NCBI GenBank assembly: GCA_977020255.1
Contig: CDROCS010001239.1
Span: 248,001-312,000, forward strand
DNA length: 64,000 nucleotides
Direction: 5' to 3'
DNA from: Obrimoposthia wandeli
Lineage: Eukaryota
Positions 48,913 to 60,995 of this stretch are shown piece after piece. Both the position numbers and the translations under genes were made by a program. Below the pieces are notes generated by a model. The model saw only the letters and a program-made list of their open reading frames with translations, ran no database searches and was not told where the DNA came from. Numbering within the stretch: position 1 is the first letter of the stretch; every line of letters begins with the position of its first letter.

Positions 48913-50730
48913 AGTAAGTGGATGTGTTCGGTCTAATCCACACCCCCTCCCCCCGGGGGGCTACAACTGTCATTTAAAACCATGCATATGTGTGGAGTGA
49001 AATTTCGTGCATGTGTGTGAAGTGAAATTTTCTGACATATTTAATTCTAAGGGAGTAACTGTTTATAAACAAATAGAGAACAATCATAAAAGATAAATTT
49101 ATAATGCCTTTTAAGAAGTTGATAGTAAAACGTAAAGCAAAGCTTAAGAAATAAAAAAAAATCATTAAGAAAAAAGAAGTGAAAAAATTATTTAAATCTG
49201 TAGTTAGAAATAAAAAAAAACTTAAATGGGTTCGAATATAAACAATATTTAAATTGAACCTTTTTTATTAAAATGAAGAAAATACAAAGAAGCATACGCT
49301 ATTTTAAAGCTTTAGTCAAAGCCTCTTCTCATAAGAGAATGATTATTCTTAAAGCATTTTCATCTTTTGTTGTAGATGAGTTATTGGAAGTTTTGTATAA
49401 TATAGTTTTGGGTCGAGTAAAAGTTGGAAATCGGAAAAATAAAGAAAAACTCTTCTAGATATTGCTAATGTAAAAGTAAAAAAGGAAACGAAATATTATT
49501 CTTAAACATAATGGTGGTTTCATAGGGGCTGTTATTCCAGTTGTTGCTTCAATTATCAGTAGTATTATAGCTGCGACACGTTCATAAACAATTATTTATA
49601 AAATCAGTTAAAGATATGGGTTCTAACCCTTCTTTACCTAAATTTAAATTATCTTTCTATTCAAATTGTTGTAATGGAGAAGATATGGTTCAATCCAAAT
49701 GATCCAATTGGCTACACCGGAGTTTCAAAATTAGCAAAAAGAACAAAACAAAAATACAAGAAAACGCAGAAATGGTTGAGCAACCTGTTAGCCTAAAGTC
49801 TGAACAAGCCGATAAGAGGAAGGTTTCCAACTAGAGCTTACAAAACCAGCGGTCCTAATAATTTATGGCACATGGATTTGATGGAGATGATCCCATATTC
49901 TTCCATTAATAAGGGATATCGATTTATTTTAACATGTATTGATGTATTTAGCAGGTTTGCTCGTGCAATTCCCGTTATAGCAAAGTCTTCAAAAGCTATG
50001 CTTGAAGCCATTAAAGAAATATTAAAATATGACATTCCACAAAATGTGCAAACTGATTTAAGAAAAGAATTTTATAATAAACAAGTTAAATCATTATTTA
50101 AACAAAATAATATAAATCACTACTCTGTGTTTTCACAATACAAAGCAGCAGTAGTAAAAATATTTAATCGTACTTTAAGAGATCGAATAAAAAGGTATTT
50201 CACAAAAGAAGGAAATAAAAAATGGATCCAAGTTTTACCTAATATAATACATGCATATAATCACTCGGAACATAGAGGTCTCAAGGTAATGAGACCTGTT
50301 GATGTTACTAATAAAAATTCTATGGATATTTGGATGAACAGGAATAAAAAAGAAAATATTAAAAAAGCTAAATATAAGAATAACGAATATGTCCGAATTT
50401 CGAAAATTAGCTCTACTCCATTTATTAAAAACTTTGATCAGAATTGGAGCGATGAAATATTTTGTATAAATAAAATTGATCAAAAGAGTAATCCAATAAT
50501 GTATACTATTATAGATGCTGACAATAATATCGTTCACGGTAAATTTTACGAGCAAGAACTACAATTAATATCAAATAAACCTAGCGTTTTCCGTATTCAA
50601 AATATATTAAAATCTAAGGGTGCCGGTAAACATAAACAATAATATGTTAAATGGCATGGTTATTCAGACCCAACTTGGATATCAGCATCTAATATAATAT
50701 GAAGTCTATGTATATGGTGTTACCTAGTAA
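48913..50730 (+). mobile_element. Maverick copy 2: left terminus fused directly to the integrase block
   Basis: Terminus 48913-49036, then 49037-50730 nearly identical to 57942-59635. Confidence 0.9.
49674..50702 (+). pseudogene. Integrase-chromodomain pseudogene
   Basis: Same lesions as copy 3: early TAA, VERFN changed to VKIFN (catalytic Glu lost), TAA before the chromodomain. Confidence 0.9.
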
Positions 50731-50815
50731 ATTTTAAAGGGAAGTAATCTGTATATGATTTAGCTAAAGCCGGATTTTATAAACATTATGATGATTCAAC
50801 CAATAAAGTAAAATG

Positions 50816-52204
50816 TGTTGGGTTATTAATTAAAAATAATTAATTTTTGTCAATTTAAATTGACATTTAATATTTATCTAAAATGCTCACAATTAGGGAG
50901 GTTTTCAAGTTCAGCCTCCGACGGGGTGGTCCCGTTTCACCCTGCCGGGCTCGTCAGGGAGGCGGCGGGGAAATATTGATTGCGGAGACCTTTCCGCCCA
51001 GTCTACTGTCCCGAGGATTGCCTTAGGATGCATTGACAATTCCCGGTTGCACGCGTGTGGGCGTGTAGAGCCAAGAATTACCAGTATCAGCGGCAACAAC
51101 CACATCAGTTGTCTCCCACTCTCCTGCTGACACACCTCATCGCATCCGGTCAATGTGTCTCCATCTCCCTTAATGCTCCTTGTGCTGCTGTCGACGCGAT
51201 ATCTCTCTCCAAACTCTCTAACACATGCCGATTAACTAACGGACAGCAATATGTGAGTGTGTGAAAATTTTACTCTCTCCATTGCCGAAGATACCCTTTG
51301 GAATTTGTCTCGCGTGTGTGTATGAGGCCATCTAATCCTCTCTGACGATATTGTTCATGTCGAAATGCAGCTAATGTGCTATCTCCTTTGATGTTCCATT
51401 TCGACAATCACGAGTGCATCCTGAAATCTCAGATTTTTCCACCTGCCAAGAATGTGATCAGACGGCAAACATCCCCGGCTGCACATGTATGTGTGCAGAG
51501 CCGGGATTCCAACACCATCATCATCGTCTATCTTGTTTGTGTGTGCTGTCTTCCACAGCATGCCTCTCTGCCTATCGCCATTTGCCATCAGTCACTCCCT
51601 GTCCTCATCTGTCTGTGGCAACGGTGGCTGCTGCATGGTTTGGCAGCAGTGATCTACCTACAGCGATTATGGACCAGTTTCCTACTTACCACGACGTGCC
51701 ATATATTTGTGTACTGGTGAGATCGCGGTTGCCTCCCTGTTATCATTATCTGATCAGCGACCATCTCTACCTTCAAGTCGACAATATATGTGGCCAATTT
51801 CCCCTCTCTTTTCTCTCGCAATCTATATTGCTACCTGGATATGTACCCGTAACTGACTTCCCTACCAATCGATCTATTTGTATGTCTGCCTATCTTTCCT
51901 CTATATATAACTGCCGATTTTATGCAGTAAAAATAAACGTTGTCATTGTTGATCGAATTTGAATCAGTTTAAAATAAATGAATATACACAAAAATTGAAC
52001 TACGAAATTTTAAGAAATCTTATTTCCCTATTAACAATTCAATAAAACGTAAGTCGTGAAAAATACTGTTGCTTCAAATCAATCCATTGATTTAACAATT
52101 TTGTCTTTAAAAGAAAATTTAAACAATATTTGGAATTTGAAATTTGAACGATATTTTGAATTAAACATTTGGAGTTTGTGTCAAATTAACGGAAGAAACT
52201 AACA
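50816..52204 (-). mobile_element. LTR-like unit H3 with hammerhead ribozyme
   Basis: Minus-strand TGTTAG...CCCAACA flanked by AATG/AATG; removal restores the BIR frame. Confidence 0.88.
50914..50963 (-). ncRNA. Type I hammerhead ribozyme
   Basis: GCCTCC CTGACGA GCCC-ggca-GGGT GAAAC GGG-accac-CCC GTC GGAGGC on the minus strand. Confidence 0.92.
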
Positions 52205-52904
52205 AATGTATATACTGTCAAGGTGCAATATCCGAATGGGAATGGTATCTTAAACCAATGAAGCAACATATGAAATTTTTCCTACATATCCATTTCTTTT
52301 AAAGTTTAATGTTTCAAATGTACCAATAATTGAAACTAGTAATAAGAAAATTGATTTTGATACATCACCATTGATTGGAAAAGTATATGTATCCGATATT
52401 GATATAAAATTACCTGATATATGCTATTCAAATAGTTTAGGACCCTATAATGATGCTAATGTTATTAAAAATATCGAAACAGATTGTATTATTGAATATT
52501 CTTTAACTATACAGAAATTTGATATGTTGATGGATACAAACCAAATCAGATATTTGAAAAGGTTTTTCACAAAAGATGGAATAAAATCGGTTTTAAAATA
52601 TAAAATGTTGCAATATGGAGAATACAAATCACTATTTGAAATGATTTGTGTTTTATCTTATTTAGAAATGAAACCTGAAAAACAATAAATAAATATACTT
52701 TCATACATTTTAAAGGAACCCGAATGTGTAGTATGTTTAAATAATCATATTGAAGTAGTATTTCTCCCTTGTGGGCATGTAAATACATGTATATCATGTT
52801 CTAGAATGTTACATTCATGTCCAGTATGCAGATGTCTGATCGAACGGAGAGTAAGAAATGTAAAATTTCATGGTATAAACAATTGAAATTTATGATTTAT
52901 ATAA

Positions 52905-53183
52905 ATGGATAAAAATTATAAATTAGTTGATGATGCAGTCGAGGAAATTATAAACGGAACAATAAATGGAGTTCAATACTTTTCTAGTTTTGATGGACTT
53001 TCTCGTGATAATGTAAAGGAAATTGTTCGCTCAACTGTATATAGAGATTTCAAACGGAATAAGGATTTTGAAAAATTCATTCAAATTAATCGTACAAACA
53101 TGATGTATATATCCTTTTCTGTGTCAAATTTTAATTCTCTGTTGTATATATTAATAAAACGTATATGTTATATATGGATTTGA
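52905..53183 (+). CDS. Small ORF downstream of IAP, unknown function
   Basis: 92-aa ATG ORF, co-oriented and closely spaced; no motif recognised. Confidence 0.35.
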   Translation: MDKNYKLVDDAVEEIINGTINGVQYFSSFDGLSRDNVKEIVRSTVYRDFKRNKDFEKFIQINRTNMMYISFSVSNFNSLLYILIKRICYIWI

Positions 53184-53223
53184 AGGATATCAAAAGATCA
53201 AAATACTATGATATTGTATTAAC

Positions 53224-53466
53224 TGAAAATATTTCGATAATTATAGAAGGGACATGATCCGAATTGTTATGATTGGGATATCTTGTTTCTGAAAATATTT
53301 CGATAATTATAGAAGGGACATGATCCGAATTGTTATGATTGGGATATCTTGTTTCTGAAAATATTTCGATAATTATAGAAGGGACATGATCCGAATTGTT
53401 ATGATTGGGATATCTTGTTTCTGAAAATATTTCGATAATTATAGAAGGGACATGATCCGAATTGTT
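53224..53466. repeat. 66-bp tandem repeat, about 3.7 copies
   Basis: Exact units; open on the minus strand as NNSDHVPSIIIEIFSETRYPNH. Confidence 0.95.
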
Positions 53467-53523
53467 AATTAATAATTTGTCTATTTTTGTTGTGTACATT
53501 TGCTGCTAATCTGCAGTTTTATA

Positions 53524-54321
53524 TGTTGCAATGGGCAACGAATGTCAAATGTCAGCAAGAGAGGGAGCAATACCAAATCCGATTTTTCACACACTGCACA
53601 CACAGTCACAGTATAAGGACAGGGAAAATGTGGAACAATATCGAGATCGGCACAAGTGGGCCCATTCTACAGGAAGCGATTGATAAAGTGCATATTTACA
53701 CGACAGTGGGCAGAGGGGGAAACAAATCTGGGTAGTGGTTGTGTCGCTTACAAAGGCCGGCTTGTATGGTAGTCCCATCTGTAGAAAAGGTAATCCAGGG
53801 AGATGCATCAATCCTGACAAAGTAGCGGGACACATGATCAGTTTCGATCACACACACTGCTTCTAGCATCACTGAGACTTGCTGCTCTCGGAGGAGCCCA
53901 TTATCAGGACTGGGGCACTCCTCTCCGCACATACAGTCACAGTAGACGATCCCGACACACCACGACACAGCTGATTTTCTTCGACCAAGAAGATTGTCAT
54001 CCGTAGCTTGTCGATTAGGATGACGGGGAATACGGGGAAGGATGGTGGAGAAGGATGGTGGAGGAGCTGGACCAGACCTGTCGCTGGCCGAGAAAGGGAA
54101 GACCGCCGCCGCATCCGCTGTTATTGCTGGGCGAAAAAAACATTGTGTTTAATCTTGTTATCAAGCCGCCTTCCTGATGAGCCTGGCAAGGCGAAACGGG
54201 ACCACCCCGTCGGAGGCTGAATTTGAAAACCTCCCAAATTGTTGGCATTTTTGATAAGTATTAAATGTCAATTTAAATTGACTTTAAAAATTAATTATTT
54301 ATTTTAATTAATTTCCCAACA
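53524..54321 (+). mobile_element. LTR-like unit H4 with hammerhead ribozyme
   Basis: TGTTGC...CCCAACA flanked by TATA/TATA. Confidence 0.78.
54168..54217 (+). ncRNA. Type I hammerhead ribozyme
   Basis: GCCTTC CTGATGA GCC-tggcaa-GGC GAAAC GGG-accac-CCC GTC GGAGGC; predicted cleavage after 54211. Confidence 0.93.
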
Positions 54322-54358
54322 TATATAAACAATCGTTTCTTTTGATTTATTATTATTG

Positions 54359-54900
54359 ATGATGATAAAACTTAAAAATAACGCGGTTTACCAAATAGGA
54401 GGACCTAGTGGGAGTAGGAAAACACATTTTGTAACTAAATTACTTCAAAATAAAAGCATGTTTAATCAAAATTTTGGTAGAATATACTGGCATTACGGAG
54501 GTGTAGGTGAATCTGGTCTAACACGAACATAATTAGGTAAATTGAAGGGTACTCATTTTATTAATGGTTTTGATAATAAATGGTCTGAGAGGTTAAATTC
54601 AGGAGATGTTATTATTAATTGATGACTTGTATGATGAAGTAAATAAAGAGTCGGGTTTTAATAACTTGTTTACCAAAATAGCTAGATATAGAAATGTAAT
54701 AATCTAGTATTATTTAAAAATCCACGAGATCAAACGGTTATCGACTTTGTTGCCCGTCAAGCATTCCCTTGTAATGAGCAATATTTGATACGGATACTTG
54801 TTTTTAGATTTTACACAGGAATGTCCAAATGATTTACGCGTGAGAACCGATATTTTCAATAAGGATTTTGTATATAAACAAAAGAAAAGCATATCTACCT
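54359..54900 (+). pseudogene. Divergent Maverick packaging ATPase remnant
   Basis: NNAVYQIGGPSGSRKTHFV (decayed Walker A), IYWHYGG, DDLY, LFTKIARYRNV, YLFLDFTQ.CP.DLR.RTDIF. Confidence 0.85.
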
Positions 54901-55813
54901 GTTAATCATGTCATAGTGGAGTTGGACATAAATGGAGATCGGGTGATAAATTACACGCTAATGATAATAAGTTGATGCTAAAGAAGAATGCCCATATTAA
55001 ACAGTAGGCGGATGTGTCCGGTCTAATCCACACCCCTTCCCCCGGGGGGCTACCACTGTCCTTTAAACTGTGCATGTGTGTCAAGTGAAATTTTGTGTAT
55101 GTGTGTAGGGAAACAATTTTTGAAAAAGCATCGAATAGGAAGGAAGGTGAGGGGTTCACCCCCACATGTTTTTAAAATATTACTTTGAAATTTACCATGA
55201 ATCTCAAAAGTCGTTAGAGAAGACCACGGGAAAAATAAAATCTATAAAATTTAGAGGAGAAAAAACAAAATACGAGTCAAAATTATTTTTCAAAACATTT
55301 ATTAAACATAAAACAACATATTGGCTTCACTCAAAGTCCAAAGAGGCTGCATTTTCCCGTCATCAGCAAAATATTCATTGAAACGTATTGAGATATTCCA
55401 TAGTTCTTTATCTAGAATTGGAGCAATCAAATATCCTAGATCATCTTTAAAAGCCATATACATAATCAGCAATGTAAAATCCCCAAATATTTTTCAATTG
55501 ATCAAAATCAGATGTTGTTAAAATTTCGATGAGATATTTATTCTCCACTTTTGATATTTTCACAGGATTCATAACTCGTATATTTTGATGCCTCTTTAAT
55601 ATATTACATAGTTTTCCTTTTGAAATTCTTTCTGGATAATAAAAATTTGCTACACATCTCTTATCCATTCTAAAATAAGGAAACTGATTAAAAAACAATG
55701 TTTATAAAAAATACACATAAGATACATATAAGATACAAATATTTAAAAAATAAAACTGATTATTAAATGAAAGAAACATAGTAAAACCGATTACAATTTA
55801 TTACACGCAAAAG

Positions 55814-56209
55814 TTAAAACATAGAAATATGAGCACGTTCAATTTTCCACATAGGCAACTTTGTTCCCATTTCATCTTTCTTGTAACCATAAAGTCGAAT
55901 TGTTACAGTCCATTGCTTCTTTTTCGGAAACGCATCAATATCAACATATCTTCCATAGTCATCTAGAAATGCTTCATCGGATCCTCGGATATAAAATTCG
56001 TTCTTATTGAAAAAAAAATTCGGAACTGCCTTTTCAATTTTCTGTTTAAGATATTGAAAATCTGGTTTTTGAATATTTGATAGATAGTAGCTGAACTTTC
56101 TTCTTTCAATTGTCACAGGATTTACTAAAGCAATCAGTTGAGCCTTCTTCAAGAATCTGACTTTGTATTTTAAATATTGTTTCACTTCTTCATACATATC
56201 CTTATCCAA
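55814..56209 (-). CDS. Maverick left-arm ORF, unknown function
   Basis: Conserved with 12872-13339. Confidence 0.6.
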   Translation of the reverse strand: MDKDMYEEVKQYLKYKVRFLKKAQLIALVNPVTIERRKFSYYLSNIQKPDFQYLKQKIEKAVPNFFFNKNEFYIRGSDEAFLDDYGRYVDIDAFPKKKQWTVTIRLYGYKKDEMGTKLPMWKIERAHISMF

Positions 56210-56517
56210 TTCTTCAATATTTCCGAATCTTCGTCACCGCTTAATACCCGTTGGCTATCCTCCATCGTTGATAATTGTCTTTTATATGAATGCATTTACT
56301 GTGATTTGTCCTCCAATAGCGCATTCTTTTATACTAATTTCTAACAAAAACATGAATCTCATTGATTAACTAATTCATTAGCTTTGAATTGAATTTGATT
56401 GGACTAAATATATCATCCAATTATAATAGGTTTGCAAGATAATTACAAGAAACGTGCAATAAAAAAGCAGGTTAAGACATATATAAAGAATATTTTACAG
56501 AATACAATTTTAGTCTA

Positions 56518-57029
56518 ATGAAACTCGTAAATATAAATCATAAAGGTAGAACAGAAGATGATGTTTCGTACTTACCATTCAATGAATGGAAGCCGAGACA
56601 ATATGTAGAAAAGTTTGACAATTTCACAGTTGTTATTTTTCCTACAGGTTATTTTTTTTATTTTCATATTGAATTCTTTTAGGAAATTGTCGTGTTATGG
56701 GATGCAAAATACCAATGCTTGGGTTCAATTTGCCATTTGGAATTCGAATCACTGCAATACAATCAATCACGATTTCGGCTAATCTAGGCAAACAGATACA
56801 TCTTTTTAAAACTGCAGAGAAAATGAAAGAAAAATGCATGTTTGAACCAGAAATTTTTCCTGCTCTCAGTTATTTGAAGTTTAAACCGCTATGTGTAAAT
56901 ATATTTTCCAGTGGTAAAGTTATGATATTGGGATTGAAAAATTTTGATTATCCAGACATTGTTGATTTGATTTTAGAAAATATATCTTATTACATCTTGT
57001 TATCTTTTTCTATAAACAAACCCGTTTAA
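56518..57029 (+). CDS. TATA-binding-protein-like protein, 2 exons (158 aa)
   Basis: Exons 56518-56647 and 56683-57029; 35-nt GT-AG intron. Repeat 1 has VVIFPTGNCRVMGCK; repeat 2 has FEPEIFPALSY...VNIFSSGKVMILG. Confidence 0.82.
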
Positions 57030-57071
57030 ACTTATTGTTTCAAATGAATAATACTATAAATAAACAATGAA

Positions 57072-57314
57072 GTGGAACGTCTTGCCGACGAAATATTTTC
57101 TGGAAAAATAAGGGGTAAAGAAATTTTATCAGAATTAAAAAATAATGATATAACAAGAGATAACAATGAAATATTGGTTACATCACACGTTATTCGAGAA
57201 TTTAGAAATCGTACACAAATAAATAAAATTATAGCCAAATATTCATTAATTAATTTTTGTATTTCATCTACAATAGCTCTAACATTGTACATTTCAATAA
57301 GGACACTTCTATGA
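57072..57314 (+). CDS. Small ORF upstream of ATPase
   Basis: 80-aa ORF with hydrophobic C-terminus; tight gene packing. Confidence 0.4.
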   Translation: MERLADEIFSGKIRGKEILSELKNNDITRDNNEILVTSHVIREFRNRTQINKIIAKYSLINFCISSTIALTLYISIRTLL

Positions 57315-57351
57315 TAATATAAACAATATTAAAAAAATTAAAGAGTATATG

Positions 57352-58001
57352 CAATGGAGCTAAATAATAATGCTGTATTTCAAATAGTTGGTCCCAGTGG
57401 AAGTGGAAAGACACATTTCGTATGTAAATTGTTGCAAAATGAATCTCTTTTCAAATGTAGTTTCTAAAATATTTATTGGCATTATGGTGGAGGAGGGGAA
57501 AGCGGATTAACCAAAACAGAAGTTTGCAGGTTGAAGGGAATACAATTTATTGAAGGATTTGATGCAAATTGGTGTGAAAGATTGAAAAAAGAAGATGTAA
57601 TAATATTTTATGATTTGTATCAGGAAGCTAACAAGGAATCGGACTTTAATAATTTATTTACAAAGATTGCAAGACATCGTGAAGTAACAGTTATATTTAT
57701 CACTCAAAATCTTTTTCACCAAGGAGGTCACCATAGAACAAGAAATCTTGATGTACATTATTTAGTTTTGTTTAAAAATCCTAGAGATCAAAAAGTTGTA
57801 GATTTTGTGGCCAGACAGGCATTTCCCCAAAATAAGAACTTTCTAGTTAATTCATTCCACGATGCTGCTAAACAAGCACATGGGTATATATTTATTGACT
57901 TTACACAAGCTTGCCCAGATGATTTACGTGTTTTAACCGATATATTTAATTCTAAGGGAGTAACTGTTTATAAACAAATAGAGAACAATCATAAAAGATA
58001 A
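57352..58001 (+). pseudogene. FtsK/A32-like packaging ATPase
   Basis: Walker A GPSGSGKT, FTKIARH, ITQNLF, RTRNL...Y.VLFKNPRD; one in-frame TAA near 57465. Confidence 0.92.
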
Positions 58002-58578
58002 ATTTATAATGCCTTTTAAGAAGTTGATAGTAAAACGTAAAGCAAAGCTTAAGAAATAAAAAAAAATCATTAAGAAAAAAGAAGTGAAAAAATTATTTAA
58101 ATCTGTAGTTAGAAATAAAAAAAAACTTAAATGGGTTCGAATATAAACAATATTTAAATTGAACCTTTTTTATTAAAATGAAGAAAATACAAAGAAGCAT
58201 ACGCTATTTTAAAGCTTTAGTCAAAGCCTCTTCTCATAAGAGAATGATTATTCTTAAAGCATTTTCATCTTTTGTTGTAGATGAGTTATTGGAAGTTTTG
58301 TATAATATAGTTTTGGGTCGAGTAAAAGTTGGAAATCGGAAAAATAAAGAAAAACTCTTCTAGATATTGCTAATGTAAAAGTAAAAAAGGAAACGAAATA
58401 TTATTCTTAAACATAATGGTGGTTTCATAGGGGCTGTTATTCCAGTTGTTGCTTCAATTATCAGTAGTATTATAGCTGCGACACGTTCATAAACAATTAT
58501 TTATAAAATCAGTTAAAGATATGGGTTCTAACCCTTCTTTACCTAAATTTAAATTATCTTTCTATTCAAATTGTTGTA

Positions 58579-59607
58579 ATGGAGAAGATATGGTTCAATC
58601 CAAATGATCCAATTGGCTACACCGGAGTTTCAAAATTAGCAAAAAGAACAAAACAAAAATACAAGAAAACGCAGAAATGGTTGAGCAACCTGTTAGCCTA
58701 AAGTCTGAACAAGCCGATAAGAGGAAGGTTTCCAACTAGAGCTTACAAAACCAGCGGTCCTAATAATTTATGGCACATGGATTTGATGGAGATGATCCCA
58801 TATTCTTCCATTAATAAGGGATATCGATTTATTTTAACATGTATTGATGTATTTAGCAGGTTTGCTCGTGCAATTCCCGTTATAGCAAAGTCTTCAAAAG
58901 CTATGCTTGAAGCCATTAAAGAAATATTAAAATATGACATTCCACAAAATGTGCAAACTGATTTAAGAAAAGAATTTTATAATAAACAAGTTAAATCATT
59001 ATTTAAACAAAATAATATAAATCACTACTCTGTGTTTTCACAATACAAAGCAGCAGTAGTAAAAATATTTAATCGTACTTTAAGAGATCGAATAAAAAGG
59101 TATTTCACAAAAGAAGGAAATAAAAAATGGATCCAAGTTTTACCTAATATAATACATGCATATAATCACTCGGAACATAGAGGTCTCAAGGTAATGAGAC
59201 CTGTTGATGTTACTAATAAAAATTCTATGGATATTTGGATGAACAGGAATAAAAAAGAAAATATTAAAAAAGCTAAATATAAGAATAACGAATATGTCCG
59301 AATTTCGAAAATTAGCTCTACTCCATTTATTAAAAACTTTGATCAGAATTGGAGCGATGAAATATTTTGTATAAGTAAAATTGATCAAAAGAGTAATCCA
59401 ATAATGTATACTATTATAGATGCTGACAATAATATCGTTCACGGTAAATTTTACGAGCAAGAACTACAATTAATATCAAATAAACCTAGCGTTTTCCGTA
59501 TTCAAAATATATTAAAATCTAAGGGTGCCGGTAAACATAAACAATAATATGTTAAATGGCATGGTTATTCAGACCCAACTTGGATATCAGCATCTAATAT
59601 AATATGA
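58579..59607 (+). pseudogene. Integrase-chromodomain pseudogene
   Basis: Homologous to 832-1855; stops present and catalytic Glu lost. Confidence 0.9.
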
Positions 59608-60625
59608 AGTCTATGTATATGGTGTTACCTAGTAACGGATACCCGAAGATTCAACCAGATAATGACGCTAGTAGCTTTATTATCGATTGGGAAAATCCTA
59701 TAAATCTCCAAGGAGAATGAGAAGCGGCTTTAACAGAATTTTCTTTTTATTATTCTCCAATTACTATTAGAAAAAAATCACATATTTCGTTTCCAAAAAC
59801 AACTGAAGTTCTGATCGGGTTTGATATTAAAGGACAATTCTATTACAATTGTATAGATAAAGAAGAGAAAGTAATATTTGAAAATAACAAAGTCAGATTT
59901 CAAAATCGATTAAAATATCTTCAAGTTATTAAAATTAACTTTGAATCTAAAAAAGAAGCTCTTTAAATCAGTTTTGATAGTGAACAAACCGTAGCTCGTA
60001 ATAAACGGGATATTGTCTCATCTAAATCGGTTAGAAATGTTCCTGGTAGAGTAGCAAAAGTGTTGTTACTTGAAACGTGACCAAAGACTGTAGTGGAACT
60101 GAAAAGGTTTTCAAAAGATTAAAAAATAGATAGTGAAGTGGATTTATGTAAATTAATACAGAAGGAATGTAGTGAATATTTCGATAAATGTGTAACATTA
60201 AATGGTAAATTAACGTTTACGGTAAAGAGCAACATAAAATGGGTTTCATTTGATGATAAACTCGCTAAAAATCTCGGTTTAAACAGAAATACCTTTGAAA
60301 CTCATACAATAAAAATCATAAAAGCTAAAAATAAGGCTAAACGTTTTAATGATTTTAATCATTTCTATATTTATACTAATTTAATATAACCAACGATTGT
60401 AGGAGGACAACGAGTTCCACTTTTGAGAACAATATGGATATCTCAAAATGAAACTAAAGATGGGGACGTTGTCGGTATGCGTATAGATCAACCAATGTAT
60501 CTTCCAGTTGCTCTCCTTTCTATAAACAATATTGAAGTAAATATTAGAGATGATTCTGGATAACTAATAGATTTCACATACGGGGCCAAGACAAGTTTAA
60601 CAATACATTTAAGAAAACAAAATAG
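59604..60625 (+). pseudogene. Minor capsid (penton-like) protein
   Basis: Homologous to 1852-2835; retains the VGGQRVPLLR segment deleted in copy 1. Confidence 0.75.
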
Positions 60626-60995
60626 CGAATCCGGCAATAATTGAAGCTTATAGTCAAAGCCAACAAGGTGGAGAATTACCATATTTTGTTGGTAAACAAT
60701 ATGGATCTGGCTGGCTTAGAACATTATGTAGATTTTCCTTTCCTCTTTTAAAGAGACTCGGGCGGTTTATACCAAAATTAGGAAAGGATTACTTTTCATC
60801 TAATGACAATAAACTAATACCAACTTTTAAGAATCATGCACTTGATGAACTTGATAATGTTTTACCTGAAGTTGCTAATTTGATTAGAAAACGTAAATCA
60901 AATAAAAGCAAAGAAGGTAGGGGATTTAAACGTAAAAATAAGCATAAAAGTCATATAAACAAACGTAAGAAAGTTGAGGGAACAAAATTTGCAAA

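Larger units (their letters stand above)
50733..52886 (+). pseudogene. Inhibitor of apoptosis (BIR + RING), split by H3
   Basis: Removing 50816-52208 gives DLAKAGFYKHYDDSTNKVKCIYC...W...P..QH..F.PTYPFL...NVP. RING is CVVC...VFLPCGH..TC.SC...L..CPVCR. One frameshift and one stop. Confidence 0.85.

Noticed and set aside
52165-52204. TFGVCVKLTEETNK as the BIR N-terminus
   Set aside because: It belongs to the end of H3; the true BIR start is at 50733-50815.
20283-53466. Tandem arrays (61, 41 and 66 bp) as CRISPR arrays
   Set aside because: Units are contiguous with no unique spacers, there are no cas genes, and the context is eukaryotic.
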